Assembly (NCBI GenBank): GCA_049965455.1
Contig: JBMFWH010000004.1
Coordinates: 1 to 59,105, forward strand
Reading direction: 5' to 3'
Source of the DNA: Thermoplasmata archaeon
Lineage (GTDB): Archaea > Thermoplasmatota > Thermoplasmata > Thermoplasmatales > ARK-15
DNA length: 59,105 bases
Under the pieces are notes generated by a model. That model made no database searches, was not told the origin of the DNA, and saw only the letters and a list, made by a program, of their open reading frames with translations. Positions 26,061-35,969 of the stretch are shown in pieces. The position numbers and the translations under genes were made by a program. Each line of letters opens with the position of its first letter. Position 1 is the first letter of the stretch.

Positions 26061-26279
26061 ATGAAATTATATGTTAAAGTATATTTCAGTCCTGATGGCA
26101 TATCCCCGTTAGAAATCATCCGAATTTTAAAAGAGGGCGGATTCGTGTCAGTATTTGGGCAGTTTGATTTTGTAAAAGAGTTTGACAGTGAGCAAGAATA
26201 TAATGATACAGTTACCAGGCTTTATAATGCTCTCAAGGGTACAGGAGTAATGTTCAGGATAAATACCAGGATCGAGTGA
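26061..26279 (+). CDS. Small hypothetical protein at the end of the rpo operon
   Basis: 72-aa ORF 10 bp after nusA with protein-like composition. Confidence 0.7.
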   Translation: MKLYVKVYFSPDGISPLEIIRILKEGGFVSVFGQFDFVKEFDSEQEYNDTVTRLYNALKGTGVMFRINTRIE

Positions 26280-26630
26280 AAAAATAATTTTTTTCAAAGA
26301 AGATTAAAAATCTCGTCGAACTTAGTTTCTATTTTTCGCTTACCTTTTTGTTATATCTCCCTTGTTTTTATTTATTATCGCGGTGGTGAGTTTGTCCAAT
26401 TAACTACAAGAAGGCTTTCACAGATCAATAATGTGAGCGAAAATTATATTACTGTACAACTTAAAGCTCCCGCAAGGCACTATTTGAACCATGGGAAACG
26501 AGATATCAGTAATAGGCTTGGTGCATAAAGCTTATGAATCAACCAGATAATTGCTTTCAAAGTTGTATTTTAAACACAGACGATATCGTAAGTTAATGTT
26601 TATTTTTAGAGAATAATGAATAGATTTATC

Positions 26631-27326
26631 TTACTTGAAAAAGTGATCTATAATCTTATTGTGATCAAATGCTAGTACTGGAATCTGCTCTCTAGATAAT
26701 AATAATACCGAATCTGCATCATCTCCAGCTTTTAAAGACCCCCCAACTGCCTCCAGAACATATACTGCGGATACAACATGCCCTCTAGGGTCACGGTATG
26801 GATCTGAATAAACGTTAAGAAGTCGTTCAACCCTGGCCTTTATTCCCGTTTCTTCAAAGATCTCTCTCACCACCGCAGACTCTAAGGTTTCTCCATATTC
26901 TACGAACCCACCTGGAAGCGCCAGATAACCTTTAAAAGGCTCATTTTTTCTCTTTACGAGTGTTATGTTATCATTAATAATAAGTATTCCATCTACAGCG
27001 ACTGATGGTAATTTGTATGGTCGTGTTGAATAATATGTGAAAATGTTGAAGTACTTCTCATACTCCTCAATTAAACTTAGTCCATGCGCAGTTAACCTCG
27101 TGTTCCCTCTTCCAATCCCACCTCTTTCAGCGATTACAACTTTCTGCTGATATGCGGTTTCTATCTTTTTTATTACACCCCAGGCATAACGATATGACAT
27201 TTTTAGTGAATCTGCAGCGGCTTTTAAGTTTTTTAGCTCATCTATCTTTTTTAAAAGTGCATAAGAGCCCTCTCCTAAAACATACCTATCATGGTGCTCT
27301 AGCCAGATCTTAAATTTTATATTCAT
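26631..27326 (-). CDS. ModE-type winged-helix domain fused to a Nudix hydrolase
   Basis: N-term AAADSLKMSYRYAWG...RGG.G.G.T.LT; Nudix box GGFVEYGETLESAVVREIFEETGI; LAFDH. Confidence 0.85.
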   Translation of the reverse strand: MNIKFKIWLEHHDRYVLGEGSYALLKKIDELKNLKAAADSLKMSYRYAWGVIKKIETAYQQKVVIAERGGIGRGNTRLTAHGLSLIEEYEKYFNIFTYYSTRPYKLPSVAVDGILIINDNITLVKRKNEPFKGYLALPGGFVEYGETLESAVVREIFEETGIKARVERLLNVYSDPYRDPRGHVVSAVYVLEAVGGSLKAGDDADSVLLLSREQIPVLAFDHNKIIDHFFK

Positions 27327-27421
27327 AGTCTACCAGAGGAATATATAAAAATTGCATATTTATAACTTTTTTAAAATCAAGATCAAATATTTTTAATAAT
27401 TGTTTTCGATATCTAGGTGAA

Positions 27422-28354
27422 ATGAATATTAGATTATCGCTGGCATCTGCTATATACTTGGGTTTCAAGCCAGGAAACTTGAATTTTCCAGTTTCTACGA
27501 TATACATAATGTTTGGTGAAAAATGCTATTCAAATTGCTCTTTCTGTGCACAAGCATACTCTCAGGCCAAGGAAAATATGCTTTCAAGAGTTCCATGGTT
27601 CTCATACGATGCAGATCTGGTGATAGGGAGATTAAGAGTGAGCAAGTTAGCTAGAATCTGTGTCCAGACCCTGGATTATCCCGGCGTAGAAAAAGAGATT
27701 CTTGTATTTTTGGGCGGGGTGAAAAAGTTGAACATGCCAGTTTCAATATCGATAACCCCAATATCTAATGCCTCAATGACCATTTTCAGGGATTATGCAG
27801 ACACGATCAGTTTTGCTCTTGATGCTGCCACGCCAGCACTGTTCGAAAAATACAAAGGATATATGGTGGGTAATAGGTTTACATGGGAAGACCACTGGAA
27901 CGCACTTTTAAATGCCAGAAAAATATTTGAACACGTGAACACACACGTTATAGTAGGACTCGGGGAAAATGATCGAGACTTGATAGAGTTGATGCTGAGG
28001 CTAAAAGATTCAAAAATCAGCATTGCACTTTTCGCTTATACTCCGATCAACAAAAGTTTGAATCTAAAGGCACCGGATCTGAACAGGTACAGGAAGGTGC
28101 AGCTGGCACGGTACCTGATAGAAAATTACGATGCAAAGATCCAGAATTTTGAGTTTGAAAATAACATGCTAAAAAACATCTTATTTGAAAACATTGACAA
28201 AATAATTGAGGACGGAATTGCATTTATGACCTCTGGCTGCAAAGGTTGTAACAGGCCTTACTATAATGAAAGACCCGGTAAAGCAGTATATAATATCCCA
28301 TACCATCCTTCAGGTGAAGAAATAAAAGCAATTAAAAAAGAGCTAAAACCATAA
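27422..28354 (+). CDS. Radical SAM protein, LipS2-like (biotin-synthase-related)
   Basis: CYSNCSFC and C-terminal TSGCKGCNRP, resembling the TxGCPxC(N/D)RP motif of Thermococcus LipS2. Confidence 0.75.
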   Translation: MNIRLSLASAIYLGFKPGNLNFPVSTIYIMFGEKCYSNCSFCAQAYSQAKENMLSRVPWFSYDADLVIGRLRVSKLARICVQTLDYPGVEKEILVFLGGVKKLNMPVSISITPISNASMTIFRDYADTISFALDAATPALFEKYKGYMVGNRFTWEDHWNALLNARKIFEHVNTHVIVGLGENDRDLIELMLRLKDSKISIALFAYTPINKSLNLKAPDLNRYRKVQLARYLIENYDAKIQNFEFENNMLKNILFENIDKIIEDGIAFMTSGCKGCNRPYYNERPGKAVYNIPYHPSGEEIKAIKKELKP

Positions 28355-28380
28355 ATACCTCAAAATGCATTATGTGATTC

Positions 28381-29160
28381 ATGCTAAGCATCTCAGTTTT
28401 TCAGCCTTCGGGATCTATGAAATACAAGAAAAATCTGCAATTCTTAATGGAACAGATTAAAGCTCAGGACTCTAAAATGCTTATATTTCCAGAGCTTTTT
28501 ATTACAGGATACATGATCCGCGATGAGCTGTTCAAATATCATTTGAATCAGGAAGTCGAGGATTTTAAAGCCATAAGGAGCATGGCTGAAAAGTATGATA
28601 AAACAGTAATATTCGGTTATCCTGAAGAACATAATGGCCAGTATTATAATTCTGCAGCATTGATCTCCAAAGATGTTGTTGCCACGGTGAGGAAAATATA
28701 CCTTCCCAATTTCGGGCCATTTGAAGAAAAGCTATATTTTACAGATTCAAATGAAATAAATGTTTATGATACTGAATTTGGAAAGATAGGCATACAGATT
28801 TGCTATGATATATTCTTCCCTGAAATATCCAAGATTCAGGCATTAAAAGGTGCGGATATCCTGGTCAATATTTCTGCAAGCCCGATCACATCAAGATTTT
28901 ATTTCGAGAACCTGATGGTTTCACGGGCTGTTGAAAACTCGGTGTTTTATATTTACAACAATTGGGCAGGAACACAGAGAAGTCTCGTTTACTGGGGCGG
29001 GTCAGCAATAATCGGGCCCAAGGGTGAGATACTTGCTAAAGCGCCATATTTCGAGCCATATGTATTAAAATATCAGATTGATCTTAGAGACCTCAATATT
29101 GCAAGAAGGCTCAGGCCTACTATAAGAGATACAAAATTGGAGCTGTTCAGGAACATATAG
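28381..29160 (+). CDS. Carbon-nitrogen hydrolase (nitrilase superfamily)
   Basis: FPEL, RKIYLP, ICYD catalytic triad. Confidence 0.92.
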   Translation: MLSISVFQPSGSMKYKKNLQFLMEQIKAQDSKMLIFPELFITGYMIRDELFKYHLNQEVEDFKAIRSMAEKYDKTVIFGYPEEHNGQYYNSAALISKDVVATVRKIYLPNFGPFEEKLYFTDSNEINVYDTEFGKIGIQICYDIFFPEISKIQALKGADILVNISASPITSRFYFENLMVSRAVENSVFYIYNNWAGTQRSLVYWGGSAIIGPKGEILAKAPYFEPYVLKYQIDLRDLNIARRLRPTIRDTKLELFRNI

Positions 29161-29403
29161 GTTACATTTCTCATACATACTGTGTTTGAGACAGTATTTT
29201 TACTGAATGTGCATCAAATCCTTTCATGCGAAATAAAAAAAATGATCTGCGTATCAAGCCTACATTTTAAAATGCAATGGATCAATCATTTGAAAAATAT
29301 CTATTTGATCGTTAATATTTAATTTTTGTAATACATAAAATTAATATAGCAAATTGAAAATATATAAAAGTAATTAGATAAATGAAAGCAGGATGATTAT
29401 TGT

Positions 29404-30777
29404 ATGAGAATAAACCTTTTGAGCGTGAAAGGAGGAGTAGGAAAATCCACTCTCACCATGGCACTGGCCAAAGCTCTTGCGCTTAAAAACAAGAATGTCT
29501 TGTTAATAGATAGGGATCTGACTGGCTATCTATCTTCTATGATGGGAATAGAAGGCAAGGGACTGTTAGAGAGGTTTATGGACAATATAGATTATGTAAG
29601 TGACATATACAAGGAGATAAAGGTAGAAAACAGCATTATTGGGATCTTAAAGCTCTACGGAGGACTCAGCGAGAAAGACGTACTGAAATTCATGAGCGTT
29701 ACAGAAACTGAGCTAGAGAAGCTGGAGATTATTTACAAATACTTCTTGTTGAATAGAAGTTTTGATTATTATATCTTAGATAATGCTCCATATATAACAA
29801 ATGAAAGCATAATAGTAAAAAATGAAACGAAACTTTTCAGGGACATTTTTCCAGACATGGAAAACGTAAGGGTATATGTTTCGAATTTTTCAATGAGTTC
29901 TGTGAATACTACCGAACAATATGCGATAAAAGTGGAAAGCGAGTATAAGATAGGAAAAGCTTTAGGCGTAATAATAAACATGGTACCATCCATACCTAAC
30001 GAGCTCGATAGAGCAAGGGAGGTTGCAGAGAAACTTTGCTCAAGAATCAACGCAAGAATCTCGATAGTGATTCCTGTGCTGGAAAGTCTTATTAATTTTA
30101 CGGGATCTATCCAGGATCTTGCATTGCCGCCAGAAATCACGAGGCTGGCAGATATTCTAATAAGTGGAGTGCAGGATAAACAGACAATTATAAACAGCAA
30201 TAGCCTTGTAAACGTCAAGAATCTGGCAATGGTGAATGGTGTTGTACTGGTAGAGGGACCTCCTGGGCTGGGAAAACTGAACATTGCAAAATCGATTGTT
30301 AAAGAGGCTAGTAATAATGGAAGAGACATAATTTTCTTTAAGACCAGCGAAATGTTCTCGATCAAAAAAGATGAAAATGTGGAAGTTTATGAAGTAACGC
30401 TGATGCCAAAGTATTCTGAGTTAAGGTTTACAGCAAACTCGATCCTTGATATTTTAAAGCTTTCAAAAAACATCAGCACCGAGCTGATAAAAAACATAGC
30501 CAGTAAATACAAGGAATGCAAGAGCCCAGTCATAATAATATACAATGCCAACAACCTTAATCCAGTATCCAGTTGTTGTGACATAAATGCATTAAGGGAA
30601 GAGTTCTGGAATACCTTTTTAAACCAGATATTACACAATGAAAAAAACGCATTGATCTTACTGTTCTGCGATGATATATCTGAAGATTGCAAGGTTCTGA
30701 AATCACTGGCTAACTATACTGTGGAGATAAGCGACATTGAAAGCCTGAAATACAAGATTTACAACGGTGCAATATGA
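29404..30777 (+). CDS. MinD/ParA-family ATPase fused to a degenerate RecA/KaiC-like P-loop domain
   Basis: Deviant Walker A KGGVGKST, LLIDRD, YILDNAP; second P-loop VLVEGPPGLGKL. Confidence 0.8.
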   Translation: MRINLLSVKGGVGKSTLTMALAKALALKNKNVLLIDRDLTGYLSSMMGIEGKGLLERFMDNIDYVSDIYKEIKVENSIIGILKLYGGLSEKDVLKFMSVTETELEKLEIIYKYFLLNRSFDYYILDNAPYITNESIIVKNETKLFRDIFPDMENVRVYVSNFSMSSVNTTEQYAIKVESEYKIGKALGVIINMVPSIPNELDRAREVAEKLCSRINARISIVIPVLESLINFTGSIQDLALPPEITRLADILISGVQDKQTIINSNSLVNVKNLAMVNGVVLVEGPPGLGKLNIAKSIVKEASNNGRDIIFFKTSEMFSIKKDENVEVYEVTLMPKYSELRFTANSILDILKLSKNISTELIKNIASKYKECKSPVIIIYNANNLNPVSSCCDINALREEFWNTFLNQILHNEKNALILLFCDDISEDCKVLKSLANYTVEISDIESLKYKIYNGAI

Positions 30778-32267
30778 GAGTTGCAAATGTAGCGTTTCTA
30801 TTATCGATATTTATTATTCCGGGGATATTCTCGTATTTTACATGCAATAGTTTGCCTCTGATCTGGCTAAATTATGGAATATGGTTTTCAATGACCGCTG
30901 GATTTTACGTGTTTGTAAATTTTGCATTGCTTGCCTCAAAAGCTAGAAAAAGCAATGATTTATTACTGGCAACGCCCCCAACATTAAGAGCATGCGCATT
31001 TGTAGTTTCTTACAACGAGAACCCTGAGCTAGTAAAAGGCACCTTGTTTTCAGTAAAATCTGCGCTTAACGATGGCGAGGCAATCTTCTTGCTCGATGAT
31101 TCAACAGACAAGAATATTGTGGGGCAAATGCGCGCCTTTTGCAAGAGTAATGATATTAATTATCTGCACAGGGAAAACAGAAAAGGATTTAAAGCGGGTG
31201 CTATAAATGAAGCATTGGGCAAAATATATGGAAAATATGACCTGGTGGCAATATTCGATGCGGATCAGAGACCCTTGCCTGCCTTTTTCCACGAAACGAT
31301 CCCGTATTTCAACGACACATCCGTGGCACTGGTCCAGGTTCCGCAAACTTATACTGAGTTGCAATCCCAAATTTCAGAAGGGGCATTATATCAGCAAGAG
31401 CCATTTTTAAGAATATTGATGAAAGGTAGATCCGATCGCTCTGCGTTTTCAATTGGTTCAGGATCCGTTTTCAGGGTCTCTGCTCTAATGGATGTTGGCG
31501 GGTTTGTAGAATCGAGCATCACTGAGGATGTGGCAACTTCGTTGAGATTGCAAGAAAGAGGCTATAAATCTATATATGTGGATATGCCGCTGATATGGTA
31601 CGGAGAACCCCCGAAAGATCTGGGCGCATACATGAGCCAGCAAGGAAGATGGTCTTTTGGTTACTTTCAAATAACAAAGGATATCATGACCAGAAAAATA
31701 TCCTTCTCCCAGTTTTTCGATTACATCACGGGCACTCTTTACTGGCTCAAAGAAGGAATAATCACGGTCTTTGAGCTCTTAGGGCCTATGGTCTTTCTCA
31801 TTTTCAAGGTTCCGTTCTTGAAGCTAGATCCTGTTATTTATGCACTCGCATATGTTCCGTATCTTGTGGCATCGATGCTTCTTTATGCGCTTTTGATCCG
31901 AAAAATAAATTACGGAATAAGTGGCTTCTATTTGCATCAGGTTGTTGAATATCTAGCTTTCCCCGCAATAGTCATTTCATTTATATACTGGCTCGCCGGT
32001 CAAAAAAGACCATTCAAAGTGACCCCGAAAGAGGTGGTGTTGAAACATACACTGAAATTTGTAATTCCTGTTATTGTAATATTGGCATTACTTGTACTGA
32101 GCGACGTAATGGGCATTTTATGGTACCTGTCTGGGAGCACTTTGAATCTGAAGCTTGCAATAATAATGAACCTGTTCTGGGCTTCATATCAAATTCCGTT
32201 TTTGGTAGGAGGAGTTGTGATCTCGCTGAACGTTGATAATAAAGAAAAAGAAAACCTGATAAAATGA
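30774..32267 (+). CDS. Processive GT2 glycosyltransferase, cellulose synthase (BcsA)-like, lacking PilZ
   Basis: DDS, FKAG, DAD, TED, QQGRW and FKVTPK motifs plus flanking TM helices. Confidence 0.85.
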   Translation: MRVANVAFLLSIFIIPGIFSYFTCNSLPLIWLNYGIWFSMTAGFYVFVNFALLASKARKSNDLLLATPPTLRACAFVVSYNENPELVKGTLFSVKSALNDGEAIFLLDDSTDKNIVGQMRAFCKSNDINYLHRENRKGFKAGAINEALGKIYGKYDLVAIFDADQRPLPAFFHETIPYFNDTSVALVQVPQTYTELQSQISEGALYQQEPFLRILMKGRSDRSAFSIGSGSVFRVSALMDVGGFVESSITEDVATSLRLQERGYKSIYVDMPLIWYGEPPKDLGAYMSQQGRWSFGYFQITKDIMTRKISFSQFFDYITGTLYWLKEGIITVFELLGPMVFLIFKVPFLKLDPVIYALAYVPYLVASMLLYALLIRKINYGISGFYLHQVVEYLAFPAIVISFIYWLAGQKRPFKVTPKEVVLKHTLKFVIPVIVILALLVLSDVMGILWYLSGSTLNLKLAIIMNLFWASYQIPFLVGGVVISLNVDNKEKENLIK

Positions 32268-32394
32268 TCGTCTTTGTAATACGATATTATTCTTAAAAAG
32301 TCTGGTTAAAGTTGATAAGTTAGGAAAATCAAGGAATATAATATAGACAAAATTTAAATCTGTATTTTCAATATACCTTAACAGTGATCTGATT

Positions 32395-33675
32395 ATGTCT
32401 GATAAGTTTGATCTGATAGTAGTTGGTGGAGGCCCGGCAGGATTAGCTGCCGCTTACACTGCTGCAAAAGCGGGCTTGAACACTTTTGTTGCTGAACGCG
32501 GCGATAATTCAGGCTCTAAGAACATGTTTGGCGGTGTACTTTATGTGGACACGCTTAGAAAGATGATACCTGAGTTCTGGAAAGAAGCTCCTGTAGAAAG
32601 GCCATTATCCCAGCGAAAAATCACGTTTTTAACGGACGAATCATACGTTTCTATAGACTACAAGAACCAGAAGTTCAGAGAGCCGCCATACAACGGTTTT
32701 TCAGTGTTGAGAGCCAAATTTGATAAGTGGTTTTCTCAGAAGGTGGAAGAGGCAGGTGCATTGATAGGCACCGGCATCAAAGTTGATGATCTCGTATATG
32801 ATGGAGATAGAGTGAGCGGCATAAAGTCAGAGTCTGACGTAGTTGAAGGGGACATGGTTATTGCCGCAGATGGGGTGATATCATTAATTTCACAGAAGGC
32901 AGGGTTGAAGACAGTGCCAAAGCCACAAGATGTAGGGCTAGGTATGAAAGAGATCATAGAGCTGCCAGAAGGGGAAATTGATAAAAGATTCGGATTGAAG
33001 AAAGGTGAAGGTGTGGAAGAGCTGATACTTGGGGCGCCAACGCGTAACCTGCGCGGTGGTGGATTTGTATACACCAATAAAAACACCGTATCACTAGGGC
33101 TTATTGTATCACTGGAAGCCATGCGAAAAAGCGAGTATTATGCATATGATCTGATCGAGAAATTCAGGGCTAATTCTTATATCAGCGAGTTGGTAGAAGG
33201 TGGCACGATAAAAGAGTATTCGGCGCATGTCATACCTGAACGCGGGCTAGACATGATCCCGAAGCTATACCGGGCCGGTATGATGGTCGTTGGTGATGCT
33301 GCTGGATTTGTCAATTCATCAGGCATATACCTGAACGGTGTAGACCTGGCAATATTGTCTGGAATACTGGCAGCACAAAATGCGATCAGAGCACACAAAG
33401 AAAAGGATTTTTCAGCAAAGAGCATGATGCAGTATGAAACGATGTTGAAGGACAGCGTGATAATGAAGGATTTCTACACATATAGGAAGGCGCCTAAAGT
33501 AGTTGAAAATGAGCGCTTTTATAAAGAGTATCCAGCAATGATAAATAACATCATGCGAAACATAATCTTATCTGACGGAATGCCCAAAAAGAAGATCATG
33601 CAGCTTTTAAAACAGGAAAATGTGCCTTTGACAACTTTATTGATGGACGCATTGAGTGGAGGTAGAGCTCTATGA
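32395..33675 (+). CDS. fixC: FixC-like FAD-dependent ETF:quinone oxidoreductase
   Basis: GGGPAG, GSKNMFGG, EYSAH, VGDAAG; coupled to FixX. Confidence 0.85.
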   Translation: MSDKFDLIVVGGGPAGLAAAYTAAKAGLNTFVAERGDNSGSKNMFGGVLYVDTLRKMIPEFWKEAPVERPLSQRKITFLTDESYVSIDYKNQKFREPPYNGFSVLRAKFDKWFSQKVEEAGALIGTGIKVDDLVYDGDRVSGIKSESDVVEGDMVIAADGVISLISQKAGLKTVPKPQDVGLGMKEIIELPEGEIDKRFGLKKGEGVEELILGAPTRNLRGGGFVYTNKNTVSLGLIVSLEAMRKSEYYAYDLIEKFRANSYISELVEGGTIKEYSAHVIPERGLDMIPKLYRAGMMVVGDAAGFVNSSGIYLNGVDLAILSGILAAQNAIRAHKEKDFSAKSMMQYETMLKDSVIMKDFYTYRKAPKVVENERFYKEYPAMINNIMRNIILSDGMPKKKIMQLLKQENVPLTTLLMDALSGGRAL

Positions 33676-33953
33676 GTGAACTTAGCATTGATGACAGACT
33701 GGCATTGATAAAATACAAGGTAGATTCCAAGCCACATATCATACTCAAGGACCCAAGAATATGCGATGCTTGCCAGGGCAAGTTCTGCGTACATTCTTGT
33801 CCTGCAAAATGCTATATTATAGAAAACAACCAGGTTGTATTCCATTACGAAGACTGCGTTGAATGCGGTTCTTGCTTCATAGTATGCGACAGCAAGGCTA
33901 TAGACTGGAACTATCCCAGAGGCTCTTTCGGAGTCACTTACAAATATGGATAA
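33672..33953 (+). CDS. fixX: FixX-like ferredoxin
   Basis: CDAC..FC..SCPA.CY, CVECGSC, WNYPRG.FGV.YKYG. Confidence 0.88.
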   Translation: MSELSIDDRLALIKYKVDSKPHIILKDPRICDACQGKFCVHSCPAKCYIIENNQVVFHYEDCVECGSCFIVCDSKAIDWNYPRGSFGVTYKYG

Positions 33954-33956
33954 AAG

Positions 33957-34445
33957 TCATTCCTTGGTAAGTTCATAATATATATGACTAACTTCAGGCA
34001 AAATAAGCATTGTGACAGCAGTGGTTATGGCTGCCGGTGAGCCTGGCACTACAAACACTATCTTTTTATTTATCAATCCTGCAGAAGCCCTGCTCATCAT
34101 TGCTGCACTGCCAATCTCTTTGTAACTTATCATTCTAAATAACTCCCCGAACCCTTCTATATTTTTTGTAAAGTATGGCTTAATGGCCTCTATGGTAAGG
34201 TCAAATTTGCTCAATCCAGTTCCCCCGTTTACTATCAAGAAATCACAGTTTGCCTCTAATATCGAGGCTCTCAACATTGAAACGTCATCTTTCACAACCT
34301 TGTAATATGCAAGCTTATGCAACTTTGAGACCAGCTCTATTGCAAGCTTTCCAGATTCGTCAGTATCTTCAGTCCTTGTGCTGCTTGCCGTGATCACGCC
34401 AAAAGTCAGCACGTAGCTATGATCTTTATGGTCTTTCACGCTCAT
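33957..34445 (-). CDS. moaB: MoaB/MogA molybdopterin adenylyltransferase
   Basis: DESG, NGGTG, GFGELFR, SRA, PGSP. Confidence 0.88.
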   Translation of the reverse strand: MSVKDHKDHSYVLTFGVITASSTRTEDTDESGKLAIELVSKLHKLAYYKVVKDDVSMLRASILEANCDFLIVNGGTGLSKFDLTIEAIKPYFTKNIEGFGELFRMISYKEIGSAAMMSRASAGLINKKIVFVVPGSPAAITTAVTMLILPEVSHIYYELTKE

Positions 34446-34921
34446 AGTTTATCATACTCCTTCTTAATCTCGTTATAGGTATCCTCTATCGCCTGGCTTA
34501 TGACTCTAGTATCTGAGAATACGGGCATAAAATGTGTGTCTCCATTCCATCTTGGAACTACGTGAACATGCAAATGATCCTTGAACCCAGCACCCGCAAC
34601 AGTTCCTATGTTTATGCCGACATTAAACCCGTCAGGATGCATTGCGTTCTTGATGGCCATGATAATCTTTTGCATAAACCCAGAGATCTCATTTAACTCG
34701 GTGAAGGTTAGCAGTTCAAAGTCAGCCACATGCCTTATTGGTGCTATGAGCACATGACCCGGGTTGTAAGGATATTTGTTCATAAGCATTAGAGCGTGCT
34801 CGCTACTGTCGATTATTCTATTCCTTTCTTTTTCAAAGGCAGTGCAAAATATGCACTCTTCTGTTTTTGGTGTTCTTATATACTCTATACGCCAGGGCGC
34901 AAATATACGATCCATGGTCAT
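34442..34921 (-). CDS. HIT-family nucleotide hydrolase
   Basis: APWR, CIFC, HLHVHVVPRW. Confidence 0.92.
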   Translation of the reverse strand: MTMDRIFAPWRIEYIRTPKTEECIFCTAFEKERNRIIDSSEHALMLMNKYPYNPGHVLIAPIRHVADFELLTFTELNEISGFMQKIIMAIKNAMHPDGFNVGINIGTVAGAGFKDHLHVHVVPRWNGDTHFMPVFSDTRVISQAIEDTYNEIKKEYDKL

Positions 34922-35034
34922 AGATCATCAATTGAACGTATTTAATGTTTGCCAGGATTGCATATCTGTAAAGAGTACTTTATATTACAGGACATAGGAA
35001 AATTTAATAATACTTTTTGTAATGAGCTATCTAT

Positions 35035-35673
35035 ATGACAATCACAACAGGGCAGATTCAATCGGGCATATATCATTTTATAGGATACCTCAAATTGCCG
35101 GGGATATTGCCGGATAATTTATCCTTTTTGTACTTGATATTATTGTTAGCGCTTGGCCTTGCCCTGATATTTAAAGGAAAAGCAGTTTGGAAACTTTTAT
35201 TTGGGATACTGGGCGCATATATAGGGGCCGTGTTTTCGATATCAATAATGGATATGATACATTACACAAAAATACCGGTATTGATTATTGCAGCTGCGGG
35301 GGCATTATTAGGCGCGATATTATTATTGTTCTTAGTGAGATTGTCACTGTCTGCCGGATTTGCATATATCACGTACTTATCCTTCTCTATATTATCCGGG
35401 CACAATTTCATTATTTCCATTATTGCTGCTTTAATTGCGTTTTCGGTTGCATATATACTTTATAATAAGATAATAGTGATACTGGCCGGCTTAATTGGCA
35501 TGGTCATATTATGGTTTGTATTTTCAAGATTTGGTGCATCTTATTCAGTATCTGTATTGCTCGCAGTTATAATATTCGCTATTGGGATGTACCTGCAATT
35601 TACGGAAAAGTCAAGATATCACAAAAATGAAATGCGCAAAAAAGAGCAAGAACAGATTTACATGCAACAATAG
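35035..35673 (+). CDS. Membrane protein (DUF4203/TMEM198-like)
   Basis: About 7 Gly-rich TM segments and a GxxxQ motif near the end. Confidence 0.65.
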   Translation: MTITTGQIQSGIYHFIGYLKLPGILPDNLSFLYLILLLALGLALIFKGKAVWKLLFGILGAYIGAVFSISIMDMIHYTKIPVLIIAAAGALLGAILLLFLVRLSLSAGFAYITYLSFSILSGHNFIISIIAALIAFSVAYILYNKIIVILAGLIGMVILWFVFSRFGASYSVSVLLAVIIFAIGMYLQFTEKSRYHKNEMRKKEQEQIYMQQ

Positions 35674-35770
35674 CATGGGTGTTTTACGGCATAGCATATT
35701 TGTAGATACTTGCCGCAAAAAAAGCAGACAGTTAAAAAAATTTACAGTGCAGGAAAAAAATTGCGTAACT

Positions 35771-35929
35771 GGTCACGATTTTGAACTTGTAATATAAATA
35801 AAGTGCCTTTAATACAATCTGATATTGATCTATTATTACAAAATAAAATCAGGTTTTTATTATTTAAATACGTTAAAAATCACGCATAATACTCTTTTAT
35901 TATGCTAGCTTAACTTCAGAATAGTGAAG
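35771..35929 (+). mobile_element. MITE family B, copy 1 (most diverged)
   Basis: GGTCACGATTTTGAACT...ACTTCAGAATAGTGAAG; internal similarity to 46150 and 51955 copies. Confidence 0.75.
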
Positions 35930-35969
35930 TATTAGAAAACTATTTATTTAATTATTTTATAGTGATATT

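Noticed and set aside
26050-26300. Absence of rps12/rps7 after nusA
   Set aside because: As I recall, these genes are also unlinked from the rpo operon in Thermoplasma, so this is not unusual by itself
26280-26630. 350-bp gap between convergent genes as an ncRNA or gene remnant
   Set aside because: No convincing structure, repeat or protein similarity was recognised
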